This document shows, piece after piece, positions 27,580-36,649 of a stretch of 64,000 nucleotides of DNA; the first letter of the stretch is position 1; every line of letters begins with the position of its first letter. Source of the stretch: an uncultured beta proteobacterium. GTDB lineage: Bacteria > Pseudomonadota > Gammaproteobacteria > Burkholderiales > Burkholderiaceae_F. Made by a program: the position numbers and the translations under genes. Below the pieces are notes generated by a model, which saw only the letters and a list, made by a program, of their open reading frames with translations, searched no databases and had not been told where the DNA came from. The DNA is taken from positions 5,783 to 69,782 of the forward strand of contig CAVXZK010000010.1 of the NCBI GenBank assembly GCA_963766365.1, read 5' to 3'.

Positions 27580-29274
27580 TTAGACCTTGAGCCGCGCGGT
27601 CGCGCGAATGGCGGACAACGTCGCGTTCGGTGTGATGACCTCAGGGTCGGTGCGCAACTCGACCAGGGCCGGCAAACGCTTCTCCCGGATGAACGAGAGT
27701 GCCGCGGCCAGGGCCGTGCCGAACTCGTCGGTCGTGCCGACGGCCGAGCCGAAAGCGCCGAAGGACTGCGCATAATGGGCGAAGTCAGGATTGGTGAGCC
27801 GCGTGCCGTGGTCCCGCCCCGGGAACTCCCTCTCCTGGTGCATGCGGATCGTCCCGTACATCGAATTGTTGAAGACAAGTATCAGCACGGCGGCGCCGTA
27901 CTGCAGCGCAGTGGCCAGTTCCTGTGCGGTCATCAGGAAATCACCGTCGCCGGCAAAGGCCACCACGGTACGTTCGGGTGCCGCAATCTTTGCGGCGATC
28001 GCGGCCGGCACGCCGTAGCCCATGCTGCCGGCGGTCGGCGCGAGTTGCGTGCGCAGTCCCGGATAGCGCCAGAATCGATGGGCCCAGCCGCTGAAATTGC
28101 CGGCGCCGTTGGTGAGGATCGCGTCGTCGGGCAGCGCACGGCGCAGGATCTGGATGACCTCCCAGAGATCGAGCGCCGGATGGGCATGGGTATAGACGGC
28201 GGGCCTTTGCTGCCAGGCCTCGAATTCGGCGCGCGCGCCTTCGAGCAAGGGGCGCCACGGCGGTTCCTCGACCGGCACCATCATCGCCAGCCGTGACGCG
28301 AACTGCGGCATGCCGGCGTTGATGGCCAGGCTCGGCTGATACACGCGGCCGAGTTCCTCGGCACCGGAGTGCACGTGGACCAGCGTCTGCTGCGGCACCG
28401 GTGCAGTCAGCAGCGTGTAACCGGAGGTGGTCATCTCACCCAGCCGCGGACCGATGGCGATGACGAGGTCCGCTTCGCGGATGCGCAGGGCCAGCCTGGG
28501 ATTGATGCCGATGCCGACATCGCCGACATAGTTCGGATGGTGGTTGTCGAACACATCCTGCGCGCGGAATGCGCACGCCACCGGCAGGTAGTTCGCCTCG
28601 ACGAAGCGCTTGAGGTTGTCGCAGGCGGCTTCGGTCCAGCCGGGTCCGCCGGCAATGACGATCGGGCGCTGGGCCCGTCCCAGCAGGCGGCGCAGCCCGG
28701 CGACCTGCATGTCCGAAGGGGCCGCCTGGACCGGCTGGTGACACAGCGCGTCGGTCACGTCAGCGACTTGCGTCTGCATGTCCTCGGGCAAGGCCAGCAC
28801 GACCGGTCCCGGTCGTCCACTGGTCGCCACCTGGAACGCGCGCGCGACGAACTCCGGGACACGCGCGGCGCTGTCAATTTGCGCAACCCACTTGACCATC
28901 GGCCCGAACATCTGACGGTAGTCGATCTCCTGGAATGCCTCGCGCTCGGCAAAGTCGGTGCCGACCTGGCCGATGAACAGGATCACCGGCGTCGAATCCT
29001 GGAAAGAGGTGTGGATGCCGATCGCTGCGTTGGTGGCACCGGGGCCGCGCGTGACGAACGCCACGCCCGGCTGGCCGGTCAGCTTCGCGTACGCATCGGC
29101 CATGAAGGTCGCGCCCGACTCGTGGCGCGTGACGATCAGCTTGATCATCTCGCGCGCGTCGTACAGCGCATCGAGCACGGCGATGTAGCTTTCGCCCGGG
29201 ACGCAGAACGCGTGGTTCACGCCCTGGATCAGCAGCTGGTCGACGAGGATGCGGGCGCCGGTGCGCGATGCCAT
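27580..29274 (-). CDS. thiamine-pyrophosphate-dependent enzyme (acetolactate synthase large-subunit-like)
   Basis: 564 aa, MASRTGARILVDQLLIQGVNHAFCVPGESYIAVLDAL.. with the TPP-binding ..GSMGYGVPAAIAAK..GDGDFLM.. motif. Confidence 0.9.
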   Translation of the reverse strand: MASRTGARILVDQLLIQGVNHAFCVPGESYIAVLDALYDAREMIKLIVTRHESGATFMADAYAKLTGQPGVAFVTRGPGATNAAIGIHTSFQDSTPVILFIGQVGTDFAEREAFQEIDYRQMFGPMVKWVAQIDSAARVPEFVARAFQVATSGRPGPVVLALPEDMQTQVADVTDALCHQPVQAAPSDMQVAGLRRLLGRAQRPIVIAGGPGWTEAACDNLKRFVEANYLPVACAFRAQDVFDNHHPNYVGDVGIGINPRLALRIREADLVIAIGPRLGEMTTSGYTLLTAPVPQQTLVHVHSGAEELGRVYQPSLAINAGMPQFASRLAMMVPVEEPPWRPLLEGARAEFEAWQQRPAVYTHAHPALDLWEVIQILRRALPDDAILTNGAGNFSGWAHRFWRYPGLRTQLAPTAGSMGYGVPAAIAAKIAAPERTVVAFAGDGDFLMTAQELATALQYGAAVLILVFNNSMYGTIRMHQEREFPGRDHGTRLTNPDFAHYAQSFGAFGSAVGTTDEFGTALAAALSFIREKRLPALVELRTDPEVITPNATLSAIRATARLKV

Positions 29275-29349
29275 GCGGGCGGTGTGGCCGGAAAGGAGGC
29301 GGCAGGATAGCAGCGCGGCGCAGGCCGCGCGTTCGCCCGCCGCAGGCGA

Positions 29350-30033
29350 TCAGTTCAGCGGACGGCGTGGCGGCAGGTAGATGTCCTGCCGGTAGGTCAG
29401 CACCGCGTGCGGGGTGAACACCACGAGTGCAGAGAACAACATTCCCGACAGCAGCGCCTCGCCCCAGGCCAGCAGCAGCGAGTAGGCAAGATGATCGCCG
29501 AAGAGCCGCGTCGCACCGGCCGATTCGACGGCTGACAGCGCCAGCACGAGCGCGCTGGCGCAGACCGTGGCCGCAAGCGTGACGAACAGTCCGTTGCCGA
29601 TGATGAAAACGAAGAGATTCCTGGGCAGGCGCCGTTCGATCTGCTGTTGCAGGGCGGTCGCCAGCCATGCCGGGATGACGGCCAGCACCGCGCCATTGAT
29701 GCCGACGTTGAACCACGTCCCGCGGTCGAGTGCCGTGTACAGCACCAGTGCGGCCATCAGCCCGAGGACCGCACGGGCGCGGCCGAAGACGAGCGCAAAG
29801 AGCGCGCTCCCGAGGAGCCCGAAATCCATGCCCACCGGCGAACGCACATGCAGGGCCCAGAGGAGCGCGGCAATGACAATTGCGGCGAACCACGCATGCT
29901 GTGCTGTGCTGGTCGGCAGAAAGTCGTGCCGGACGGACGCGATGGCATGCGCGACGGCCGGGATGACGATCAGCCAGCCCAGTATCGCGAGTGCGAAGGG
30001 AGCGTCGGCGTGCAGCAGGTTCATGGCGGACAC
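29350..30033 (-). CDS. integral membrane protein (about 6 TM; possibly CbiM/ECF-S-like)
   Basis: 227-aa hydrophobic ORF. The family assignment is only a recollection of similar annotations. Confidence 0.65.
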   Translation of the reverse strand: MSAMNLLHADAPFALAILGWLIVIPAVAHAIASVRHDFLPTSTAQHAWFAAIVIAALLWALHVRSPVGMDFGLLGSALFALVFGRARAVLGLMAALVLYTALDRGTWFNVGINGAVLAVIPAWLATALQQQIERRLPRNLFVFIIGNGLFVTLAATVCASALVLALSAVESAGATRLFGDHLAYSLLLAWGEALLSGMLFSALVVFTPHAVLTYRQDIYLPPRRPLN

Positions 30034-30142
30034 TTGATGGTGAGCAAATTATGCGCCGGGCACGAGCGCGCCAGGCCGTGTAGCGACCCTGCCGCTGGAG
30101 CAGCCGGGTAGACTGGATTGAATGTGATCACGGAGGCTCCGA

Positions 30143-30436
30143 ATGAGCGCCATACCGCCCCGCGTCGACCTCGATGAAGTCGCGCAACTGGTGGAGCAAC
30201 TGGAGCGGGACCTTTCCCGGGTGCGGACCGGAGGCGCCAGCGTCGATACGCTGCGTGCCGAAGTCGAGCAACTGCGGGAGGCCCTGTCCGGGCCCGAGAC
30301 TGCACACCAGGAGGTGCACGAAGGCCTGCACGGCATTAGGGAGCGCCTGTCGTCGGTCTCCGACGAAGTGGTTGCTGACGCGCTGAAGGGCTCGGACTAC
30401 CTCGCCCGCATCGCGCGGATTCTTGGCTTGGGATAG
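30143..30436 (+). CDS. DUF4404-like small coiled-coil protein
   Basis: 97 aa, ..LDEVAQLVEQLERDLSRV..LRAEVEQLREAL.. Confidence 0.6.
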   Translation: MSAIPPRVDLDEVAQLVEQLERDLSRVRTGGASVDTLRAEVEQLREALSGPETAHQEVHEGLHGIRERLSSVSDEVVADALKGSDYLARIARILGLG

Positions 30437-30441
30437 CCACC

Positions 30442-31470
30442 GTGCAGTACGTCAATCTGGGCGCGAGCGGACTCAAGGTCTCGCGCATTGCCCTCGGCAT
30501 GATGACCTTCGGCACGCCTGCGTGGCGGCCATGGGTGCTGGATGAGGCCGCCGCGCGGCCGATCGTGCGGCGTGCCCTTGAACTCGGCATCAACCTGTTT
30601 GACACCGCCGACATGTACTCGGCGGGGCTGTCGGAGGAGATCACCGGTCGGCTGCTGGCTGAAATGGCGCCGCGCTACGAAGTCGTCATCGCCACCAAGC
30701 TCTTCTATCCGGTCGACCTCGCATTCAAGGGCGGCAACGATCCGGGCCCGAAGCCGGTGCTGAAACCGAACCTGAGCGGGCTGTCGCGCAAACACATCTT
30801 CGCGGCTGCCGATGCCAGCCTCAAGCGGCTCGGCGTCGATGCCATCGACCTCTACCAGATCCACCGCTTCGACCCGGCGACGCCGATCGAGGAAACGATG
30901 GAAGCACTGCATGACCTGGTGCGGGCGGGCAAGGTGCGCTATCTCGGTGCCTCCAGCATGTGGGCCTGGCAGTTCGCGAAGATGCAGCACGTCGCGGAAC
31001 GGCATGGCTGGACACGCTTCAGCTCGATGCAGAACCATTACAACCTGGTGTACCGCGAGGAAGAGCGCGAGATGATCCCGCTCGCCCGGGACCAGGGAGT
31101 CGGCCTGCTGCCATGGAGTCCGCTGGCGCGGGGTTTCCTCGCCGGCAATCGCGGCCGCGACGATCGCAGCGCCGGTGCCACGGCGCGCGCACGCACCGAC
31201 GACATCGCGCTGAAGCTTTACTACGACGATGCCGACTTTTCGGTGCTGGAGGCGGTGAAGGCGCTGGCGCAGCAGAAGGGCGTGTCGAACGCGACACTCG
31301 CCTATGCCTGGCTGTTGTCACGTCCCGGGGTGACCTCACCGATCGTCGGTGCGAGCCAGGTGTGGCAGCTCGAGGAGGCGGTCAAGGCGCTCGACGTCAC
31401 GTTGAAGCCCGACGAGTGCGCTGCACTGGAAGCTCCGTACCGACCGCACCCGGTGCTTGGGCACAGCTGA
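30442..31470 (+). CDS. aldo/keto reductase
   Basis: 342 aa (GTG start), MQYVNLGASGLKVSRIALGMMTFG..FDTADMYS.. Confidence 0.9.
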   Translation: MQYVNLGASGLKVSRIALGMMTFGTPAWRPWVLDEAAARPIVRRALELGINLFDTADMYSAGLSEEITGRLLAEMAPRYEVVIATKLFYPVDLAFKGGNDPGPKPVLKPNLSGLSRKHIFAAADASLKRLGVDAIDLYQIHRFDPATPIEETMEALHDLVRAGKVRYLGASSMWAWQFAKMQHVAERHGWTRFSSMQNHYNLVYREEEREMIPLARDQGVGLLPWSPLARGFLAGNRGRDDRSAGATARARTDDIALKLYYDDADFSVLEAVKALAQQKGVSNATLAYAWLLSRPGVTSPIVGASQVWQLEEAVKALDVTLKPDECAALEAPYRPHPVLGHS

Positions 31471-31481
31471 TTCCGTTGGCG

Positions 31482-31964
31482 TCAGGCGCCGCGGGGACTG
31501 GCTGTGGCAGGAGTGCGTGGGGAGGGCGGCGTCGCTTTGGCCGCCGCGGAGTGTGAGGTGCCGGAGGACGGCCAGGCTGACGAGCGCAACTGGATGTTGC
31601 GCACCTTTTCCTCCAGAGACGACTTCGTCAGCGGCTTGAGGATCGTGCCGTTGGCGCCGAGACGGATCGCTTGCAGCACCTCGTCCTTGCTTGCCTCGCT
31701 GGTGATGAGCAGCACCGGCAGGTCCTTCAGCTTCGCGTCGGCCCGGATCTGGCGCAGCAACTCATAACCGTTGACTCGCGGCATGTTGATATCGCTGATG
31801 ACGAAGTCGTAGGTAGTTTCGCGCAGCATCTCGAGGGCCACTCGACCGTCGCTCGCTTCGTCGACCTGGCGAAACCCGAGCTCGGTGAGCAGGTTGCGCA
31901 GGATGCGTCGCATCGTCGTGAAATCGTCGACGACAAGGAAGCGGGTGCTTGGGTTCTGGGCCAT
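31482..31964 (-). CDS. CheY-like single-domain response regulator with Pro/Ser/Ala-rich C-terminal tail
   Basis: ..RFLVVDDFTTMRR..DFVISDINMP..LLITSEA..ILKPL.. (DD, D57, T87, K109 equivalents). About 35 extra low-complexity residues at the C-terminus. Confidence 0.85.
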   Translation of the reverse strand: MAQNPSTRFLVVDDFTTMRRILRNLLTELGFRQVDEASDGRVALEMLRETTYDFVISDINMPRVNGYELLRQIRADAKLKDLPVLLITSEASKDEVLQAIRLGANGTILKPLTKSSLEEKVRNIQLRSSAWPSSGTSHSAAAKATPPSPRTPATASPRGA

Positions 31965-32245
31965 CGGTCAGTGTTGGGTGTGGAACACGGAGCAGGGCGG
32001 TGCTCGGCGGGGACCAAGAAGGCAACGGACCAACTCCGGTTCCACCTTCATGATGTCGGCAGCCGGGTGGCCCGGCTTGACTGCGCCGGCTCTTTTCAAC
32101 GGATCGCGCCGACGTGCGGCCGACGGACGGCCGGCTGCGGCCGCAAGCGCTGGAATTGACGGGCCGAGCGCGGCGTTCTCGGCGCACTTGGTCGCAGCCT
32201 GATACCGCAAACTTGGGACCTGTTGACTGCCGCGGGGAGCCTGTG

Positions 32246-33031
32246 ATGGATCTCACCGAACCGACCAGTGTTGGATTCAATACCCTGAACCGCCCTACGG
32301 GCCCGGCAACGCTGGGAACGATCACGGTTCCGACCGTGGTTGGCTCCGCGTCGGCAATTGCGGCTGAGCGCGGCGCGGCGAATCGCGAGATCGCTTCATG
32401 GCGCCAGTTGAAGATGTGGCTCGACGGTGAAAGCCTGCAGTCGGCGGCGACGGTCAAGCTGATCGGCGTGCATGAAGGCAAGTCGCTGCTCGTGACGGCG
32501 CCGGACGAATCACAGCTCTTCATCCGCGAAGGGCGGCTGTACCGCTTCCGCAGCTTTTCGGGCGAGTACGTCTACGAATTCGTGTCGCCGCTGCTCAAGG
32601 TCTGCACGGCACCGTTTCCCTACCTGCATATTGGCTGGGCCGGTACGCGCCAGGTGGAAAGGCGCAATCTGCGCGCTGCGCGCCGCGTGCGGTCTGACCT
32701 CCAGTGCATGGTCTACCCGGGTCATACTGCCAGCGGCCGCTTTGCCAAAGGCCAGATCCACGACCTGTCCACCGCGGGCGCCGCGATCACGCTGCAGGAC
32801 GAGCTGGCCGTGTTCTACGACGAGATCCGCGTCGTGTTCCGTGTGCACGTGGCTGAGCAGGAAGTGCTGATCGAGGCGCGCGCCCGTCCGGTCCGCAAGC
32901 CGGAGCCCGGCGCGACCGATCCCACCCTCGGTGTCGCCTTCGTCGGCCTGGGCGATCTCGAACGTCTCGCCCTTCACGCCTACGTCAACGCCGCGCTGGT
33001 GCGCGAACTCGAGATACCGCTTTACGCCTGA
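32246..33031 (+). CDS. YcgR-like flagellar brake protein (PilZN + PilZ), paralog 1
   Basis: Start at MDLTEPTSVG... PilZ motifs are ..ERRNLRAARRV.. and ..DLSTAGAAI... Confidence 0.72.
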   Translation: MDLTEPTSVGFNTLNRPTGPATLGTITVPTVVGSASAIAAERGAANREIASWRQLKMWLDGESLQSAATVKLIGVHEGKSLLVTAPDESQLFIREGRLYRFRSFSGEYVYEFVSPLLKVCTAPFPYLHIGWAGTRQVERRNLRAARRVRSDLQCMVYPGHTASGRFAKGQIHDLSTAGAAITLQDELAVFYDEIRVVFRVHVAEQEVLIEARARPVRKPEPGATDPTLGVAFVGLGDLERLALHAYVNAALVRELEIPLYA

Positions 33032-33427
33032 CGCCGCTCACGTACGCGACGCGCTGCGCGCGTCGCACGTGCGCTCGCGGCAGTACGGTTCGCGCATCGC
33101 GCGAACCGCTCAAGCCTGATTAGTCGGCTGCGCTCCGGAGCAGCCGCGCGCTCCGCTGAAGACCAGACCCACGCACTCCTCCCCGCGTTGCTCCTAGCAG
33201 TGCCAGGATTTCCGTTCCCTCCCCGCCGGGCGGGGAGGGTGCAGGGAGGGGTGCACATCTCCTCCCGCTCGGCGGGAGGCCGGGTGGGTGCCGTGCTGTT
33301 AATGATCGGCGGAGCGTGCGGCCGCTCCGGAGCGCAGCCGACTAACCTGTCTTGAGCGCGCACGCAGTGCGCGTTACCGGAGCGAGCGCACGTGCGACCG
33401 CGCAGCGGTCGCGTACACGAGCGACGT
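33032..33427. repeat. nested-palindrome repeat element, copy A (MITE-like or structured RNA)
   Basis: Aligns along its length with 43815-44193. It has terminal inverted repeats (cgctcacgtacgc / gcgtacacgagcg) and several internal hairpins. It starts 1 nt after the TGA of the upstream gene. Confidence 0.8.
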
Positions 33428-33430
33428 CTC

Positions 33431-33457
33431 AAAAAAAATGGCCCGGTTGCCCGGGCC
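33431..33457 (-). terminator. rho-independent terminator of flhDC
   Basis: On the minus strand, ggcccgg-gcaa-ccgggcc is followed by a T8 run, about 85 nt downstream of the flhC stop. Confidence 0.75.
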
Positions 33458-33541
33458 AAATAGCGGAGGAAAGGAATGCCACTTGCACTTAGCCGGCGGC
33501 CGTGGCCTCCACCGGCACCCGTCGGTTTTCCCGACGGCAAA

Positions 33542-34093
33542 TCAATGCAGTGTTTCTTCGGCGGGCGCGGTGGTGATCTGGGCCTTGCCCTTGCCGGCAC
33601 GGGCCGGGGGTTCGCACAGGCCACACACGTAGTCCTTCGTCAGTTCGAACGTGTGGGTGACAAATTTGCCGCCACACTTGCAGCAGGGCGTCAGCGTCAC
33701 CATGCCGGCATCGACGAACTTCACCAGGCGCCAGGCGCGCGTCACCGATAGCAACGGCTCCAGGCCCTGAGCGCGAATCTGTTCGAGGTACAGCTCGTAC
33801 GCTTTGATGATGGCGTCGATTTCCTCGAGTTCGCTGCTCTTGTCCAGGTACTCGTACATGTTCAGGAACAGCGACGAATGGATGTTCGGCTGCCACGTCA
33901 TGAACCAGTCGGTCGAGAACGGCAGCATGCCGCGCGCCGGGGACTCACCCTGCACTTCCTTGTACAGGCGCAGCAGCCGCTCGTACGACAGGTCAGTCTC
34001 GGACTCCAGCACCTGCAGGCGCGCGCCCAGCTTGATCAGCGCAATCGCGCGCTGGATCTGGCGGCTCTCGGAAACAATGCTCTTGATACGCAT
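33542..34093 (-). CDS. flhC: flagellar master regulator subunit FlhC
   Basis: 183 aa, MRIKSIVSESRQIQRAIALIKLGARLQVLESETDLSYERLLRLYKE.. plus the Cys cluster ..CCKCGGKFV..CGLC... Confidence 0.95.
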   Translation of the reverse strand: MRIKSIVSESRQIQRAIALIKLGARLQVLESETDLSYERLLRLYKEVQGESPARGMLPFSTDWFMTWQPNIHSSLFLNMYEYLDKSSELEEIDAIIKAYELYLEQIRAQGLEPLLSVTRAWRLVKFVDAGMVTLTPCCKCGGKFVTHTFELTKDYVCGLCEPPARAGKGKAQITTAPAEETLH

Positions 34094-34121
34094 GACTCGG
34101 CTCCCCGCGCGTAGTCAGTGA

Positions 34122-34472
34122 TCAGGCGGTGACGTCGGCCAGTTGGCCGGCCATCACGATGTTGGCGTGCAGCCCGGCGACGGCGGCACCCGCAGCGGTC
34201 GACTTCGACTTGCTGTGACTCGTCAGCAGGTTCCACACCATGTCGTCGTCGAAGCGGAAGCGCAGGATCAGCTGGTTCGATCCGGCGATCTTCATCAATT
34301 GCGCCGGGGAGAGCTGGTCGATGATCGTCGCGACCTCTTCCGACACGCCGAGGCGGTACAGCGCCTGGGCCTTGTCGGCGCGGATCATGTGCTGGGCAAG
34401 CACCAGGTAGGCGAGGTTGGCCTCGCGGATTTCCTGGAGCAGTTGTTCGTTGCTGGCTGCGATCGTGCTCAT
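34122..34472 (-). CDS. flhD: flagellar master regulator subunit FlhD
   Basis: 116 aa from MSTIAASNEQLLQEIREANLAYLVLAQHMIRADKAQALYRLGVSEEVA... GGAGG lies 6 nt upstream. Immediately upstream of flhC. Confidence 0.9.
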   Translation of the reverse strand: MSTIAASNEQLLQEIREANLAYLVLAQHMIRADKAQALYRLGVSEEVATIIDQLSPAQLMKIAGSNQLILRFRFDDDMVWNLLTSHSKSKSTAAGAAVAGLHANIVMAGQLADVTA

Positions 34473-34863
34473 TTCGGTCCCTCCTGCTTGGGCCCGCATC
34501 GGCGGGCGTGATTGGTTGCGAAGTGGTGCCATTGTGCGAACTGACCCGGCCGAGTTGAATCGGCGCACTGCCACGCCGCACGTCGGCCTCTGTCTCGTCG
34601 TCCTGTAGGGCTTTTTCCTACACTGATCCTCCTCACGGCCCGCCGCGAGCCCCACGCAGGTGGGTGCGGGCGGCGCAGCGGAGCCAGAACGCTGCCTGCG
34701 TGCCCTTCCGAAAAGACAGATGTTTGGCCGTTCACTTCGTCGATGCCCCGAGCATGTGCATCGCTAGAGTTCGCGCATGGACTACGTATGCACTGCGGGC
34801 GCTGCGACGAGGGATCTCATGCCGCCGGACGATGGACTGAGCGCAACTACCGGTCGGGAGTCG

Positions 34864-35154
34864 ATGATCGAGCACTACAAGGCGATCGCGGCGTCCAGCC
34901 GGCGCATGCTCGATGCTGCGCGTCGCGATGACTGGGACCAAGTAAGCCGCGAGGAAGACCGCTGCCGCAACCTGATCAGCGGGCTGAAGCAGGCCGGCGC
35001 GGCGGGTGAAGTGCCAATCGGACGCCGCCAGCGTCTTGTCCTGCTCCGCGCGATGCTCGCCGACGACGCCGAGATCCGCGATCTGTCCGAGCCCTGGCTC
35101 AAGCAGCTGGAGGCGCTGCTGTCCGGCCGTACGAGCCGCACCACGCTGCGCTGA
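34864..35154 (+). CDS. fliT: flagellar chaperone / anti-FlhDC factor FliT
   Basis: 96 aa from MIEHYKAIAASSRRMLDAARRDDWDQVSREE..LRAMLADDAEIRDLSEPWLKQLEALL, the FliT pattern. It is not next to fliD or fliS. Confidence 0.68.
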   Translation: MIEHYKAIAASSRRMLDAARRDDWDQVSREEDRCRNLISGLKQAGAAGEVPIGRRQRLVLLRAMLADDAEIRDLSEPWLKQLEALLSGRTSRTTLR

Positions 35155-35194
35155 TGCCGCGCGCGTCCCATAACGCCCGTAGCGAAGGGCCGCG

Positions 35195-35938
35195 ATGGGA
35201 ATGACATCGCCCTTTCCCGAGCCGCCGTCGCCGGCGCTGGCGCCGTTCGTCGTCCGCTCGCGCGTAGAAATCGTCTCGGCCTTGCGCCAGCTGCGCGACC
35301 AGCACCTGCTTGTCACTGTCTACTATGGCAACGACACCGGCTTCGCGGTGGGCAGCGTCCTGGACGTGCACGCCGGGGCCGATGAGCTCATCGTCGACCT
35401 GACCGTGGACGCGGTCGGGCGGCAGGCGATCGCTGCGGCCGGGGCGCTCGTGCTGGTTGGCTTCGTCGATAACGTCAAGCTGCAGTTCTCCACGAAGGCG
35501 GCGCAGGCGCTTACCCCGAACGGTGCGGCGTTCCGCGTGCCGCTGCCACAGGAAATGCTGCGTCTGCAGCGCCGGTCCTCACTGCGCGTGAAGACGCCGG
35601 CGCTGCTGTGCCGCGTGCCGAAAGAGAAGGGTCAGCATCACGTGCTGCGCGTCAGCGACATCGGTCTCGGCGGCCTGGCGCTGCAGGGGCCGGTAGACCG
35701 TGCACTCTTCGTAGTCGACCGGGTCATCGAGGGCTGCCAGCTCCAGACGTCCAGTGGTCGCAGCGTTCAGGTGGCGCTGCGCGTGCGGCATATCGAGGCC
35801 CTGGTCGGCGCTCGTGACGCCGAGCGCATCGGGTGCGAATTCGTCGGCATGACGCCGGCTGTGCGCAATGGTCTGCAGCAGCTGATTGGCAGCGTCACGC
35901 TGCCGGCCGAATCCCCGGAAGTCAGGCGTACGGACTGA
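35195..35938 (+). CDS. ycgR: YcgR-like flagellar brake protein (PilZN + PilZ), paralog 2
   Basis: ..VRSRVEIVSALRQLRDQHLLVTVYY.. (PilZN domain). PilZ motifs are ..LQRRSSLRV.. and ..SDIGLGGLAL... Confidence 0.8.
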   Translation: MGMTSPFPEPPSPALAPFVVRSRVEIVSALRQLRDQHLLVTVYYGNDTGFAVGSVLDVHAGADELIVDLTVDAVGRQAIAAAGALVLVGFVDNVKLQFSTKAAQALTPNGAAFRVPLPQEMLRLQRRSSLRVKTPALLCRVPKEKGQHHVLRVSDIGLGGLALQGPVDRALFVVDRVIEGCQLQTSSGRSVQVALRVRHIEALVGARDAERIGCEFVGMTPAVRNGLQQLIGSVTLPAESPEVRRTD

Positions 35939-35983
35939 AACAAGCCGGCGGGCGCGGGCCCGGCCCGCGTGTCGCCAAGCGGC

Positions 35984-36439
35984 TCAGCTCTCGGCAGGAC
36001 GCGGCAGCAGCGTGCGGGCGCCGTACATGTCGAGCCAGGCGCGCTGGTACTGCGAGCCGGTTCCGACCCACGCGACCGTACCTACTGACAGCGCGGCGGT
36101 GTAAAGCGCGGCGACGCGGTCGGCAGCGTCGCCCCTGCACTTCAGGTGCACCGCGCACAGCAGGTGCATGTGATCTTCGACATAGCGACGTTCGACCACG
36201 CGCGTGCCGCGTGCACAGGGCAGCAGGGATTCGGGCAGGCCGGCGATGCCGCGCCGGCCGTCAGTGGTGCGTGCCGACGTGTTCTCGAACCAGACATACA
36301 GATCACGCTCTTCCGCTTGGACAGCCACTTCGACAGTCGCTGCGGCAGGCGGTGCCGGCAGCAGCGGACGCGTGGCGATCTCGGCCAGTTGCTTCATCAG
36401 TTCAGCGCGCGTCATCGGTCGTGGCTCAGAGTGATGCAT
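35984..36439 (-). CDS. hypothetical protein
   Basis: 151-aa ORF with coding-like GC3. No family recognised. The start could be the Met at 36415. Confidence 0.45.
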   Translation of the reverse strand: MHHSEPRPMTRAELMKQLAEIATRPLLPAPPAAATVEVAVQAEERDLYVWFENTSARTTDGRRGIAGLPESLLPCARGTRVVERRYVEDHMHLLCAVHLKCRGDAADRVAALYTAALSVGTVAWVGTGSQYQRAWLDMYGARTLLPRPAES

Positions 36440-36649
36440 GACCCGAGCATCGGCCGCGGTGCTGTTGCGCTTGAGCTGAACGTGTGCCGGAATGGGATGG
36501 CAAGACGCAGCATTTCCGGGTGCGCCGACGAACGGTTGGCTGCCATCATCCGAACAGCCGAGACGATAACGACAGGCGGTCGCCGCCCCTTAAATATCCG
36601 GGCTTCTTGCCGATATTCCCCGCTTCGTGAAAGGCACCGGCCCCGAAGA

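Noticed and set aside
33022-33624. 200-aa ORF spanning repeat copy A; a 75-aa ORF (43904-44131) in copy B shares a VGCAPERP..PP..NS.APT peptide with it
   Set aside because: The shared peptide only reflects the nucleotide repeat. The frames are not co-linear over the element and there is no RBS. Between-copy differences follow base-pairing rather than codon structure.
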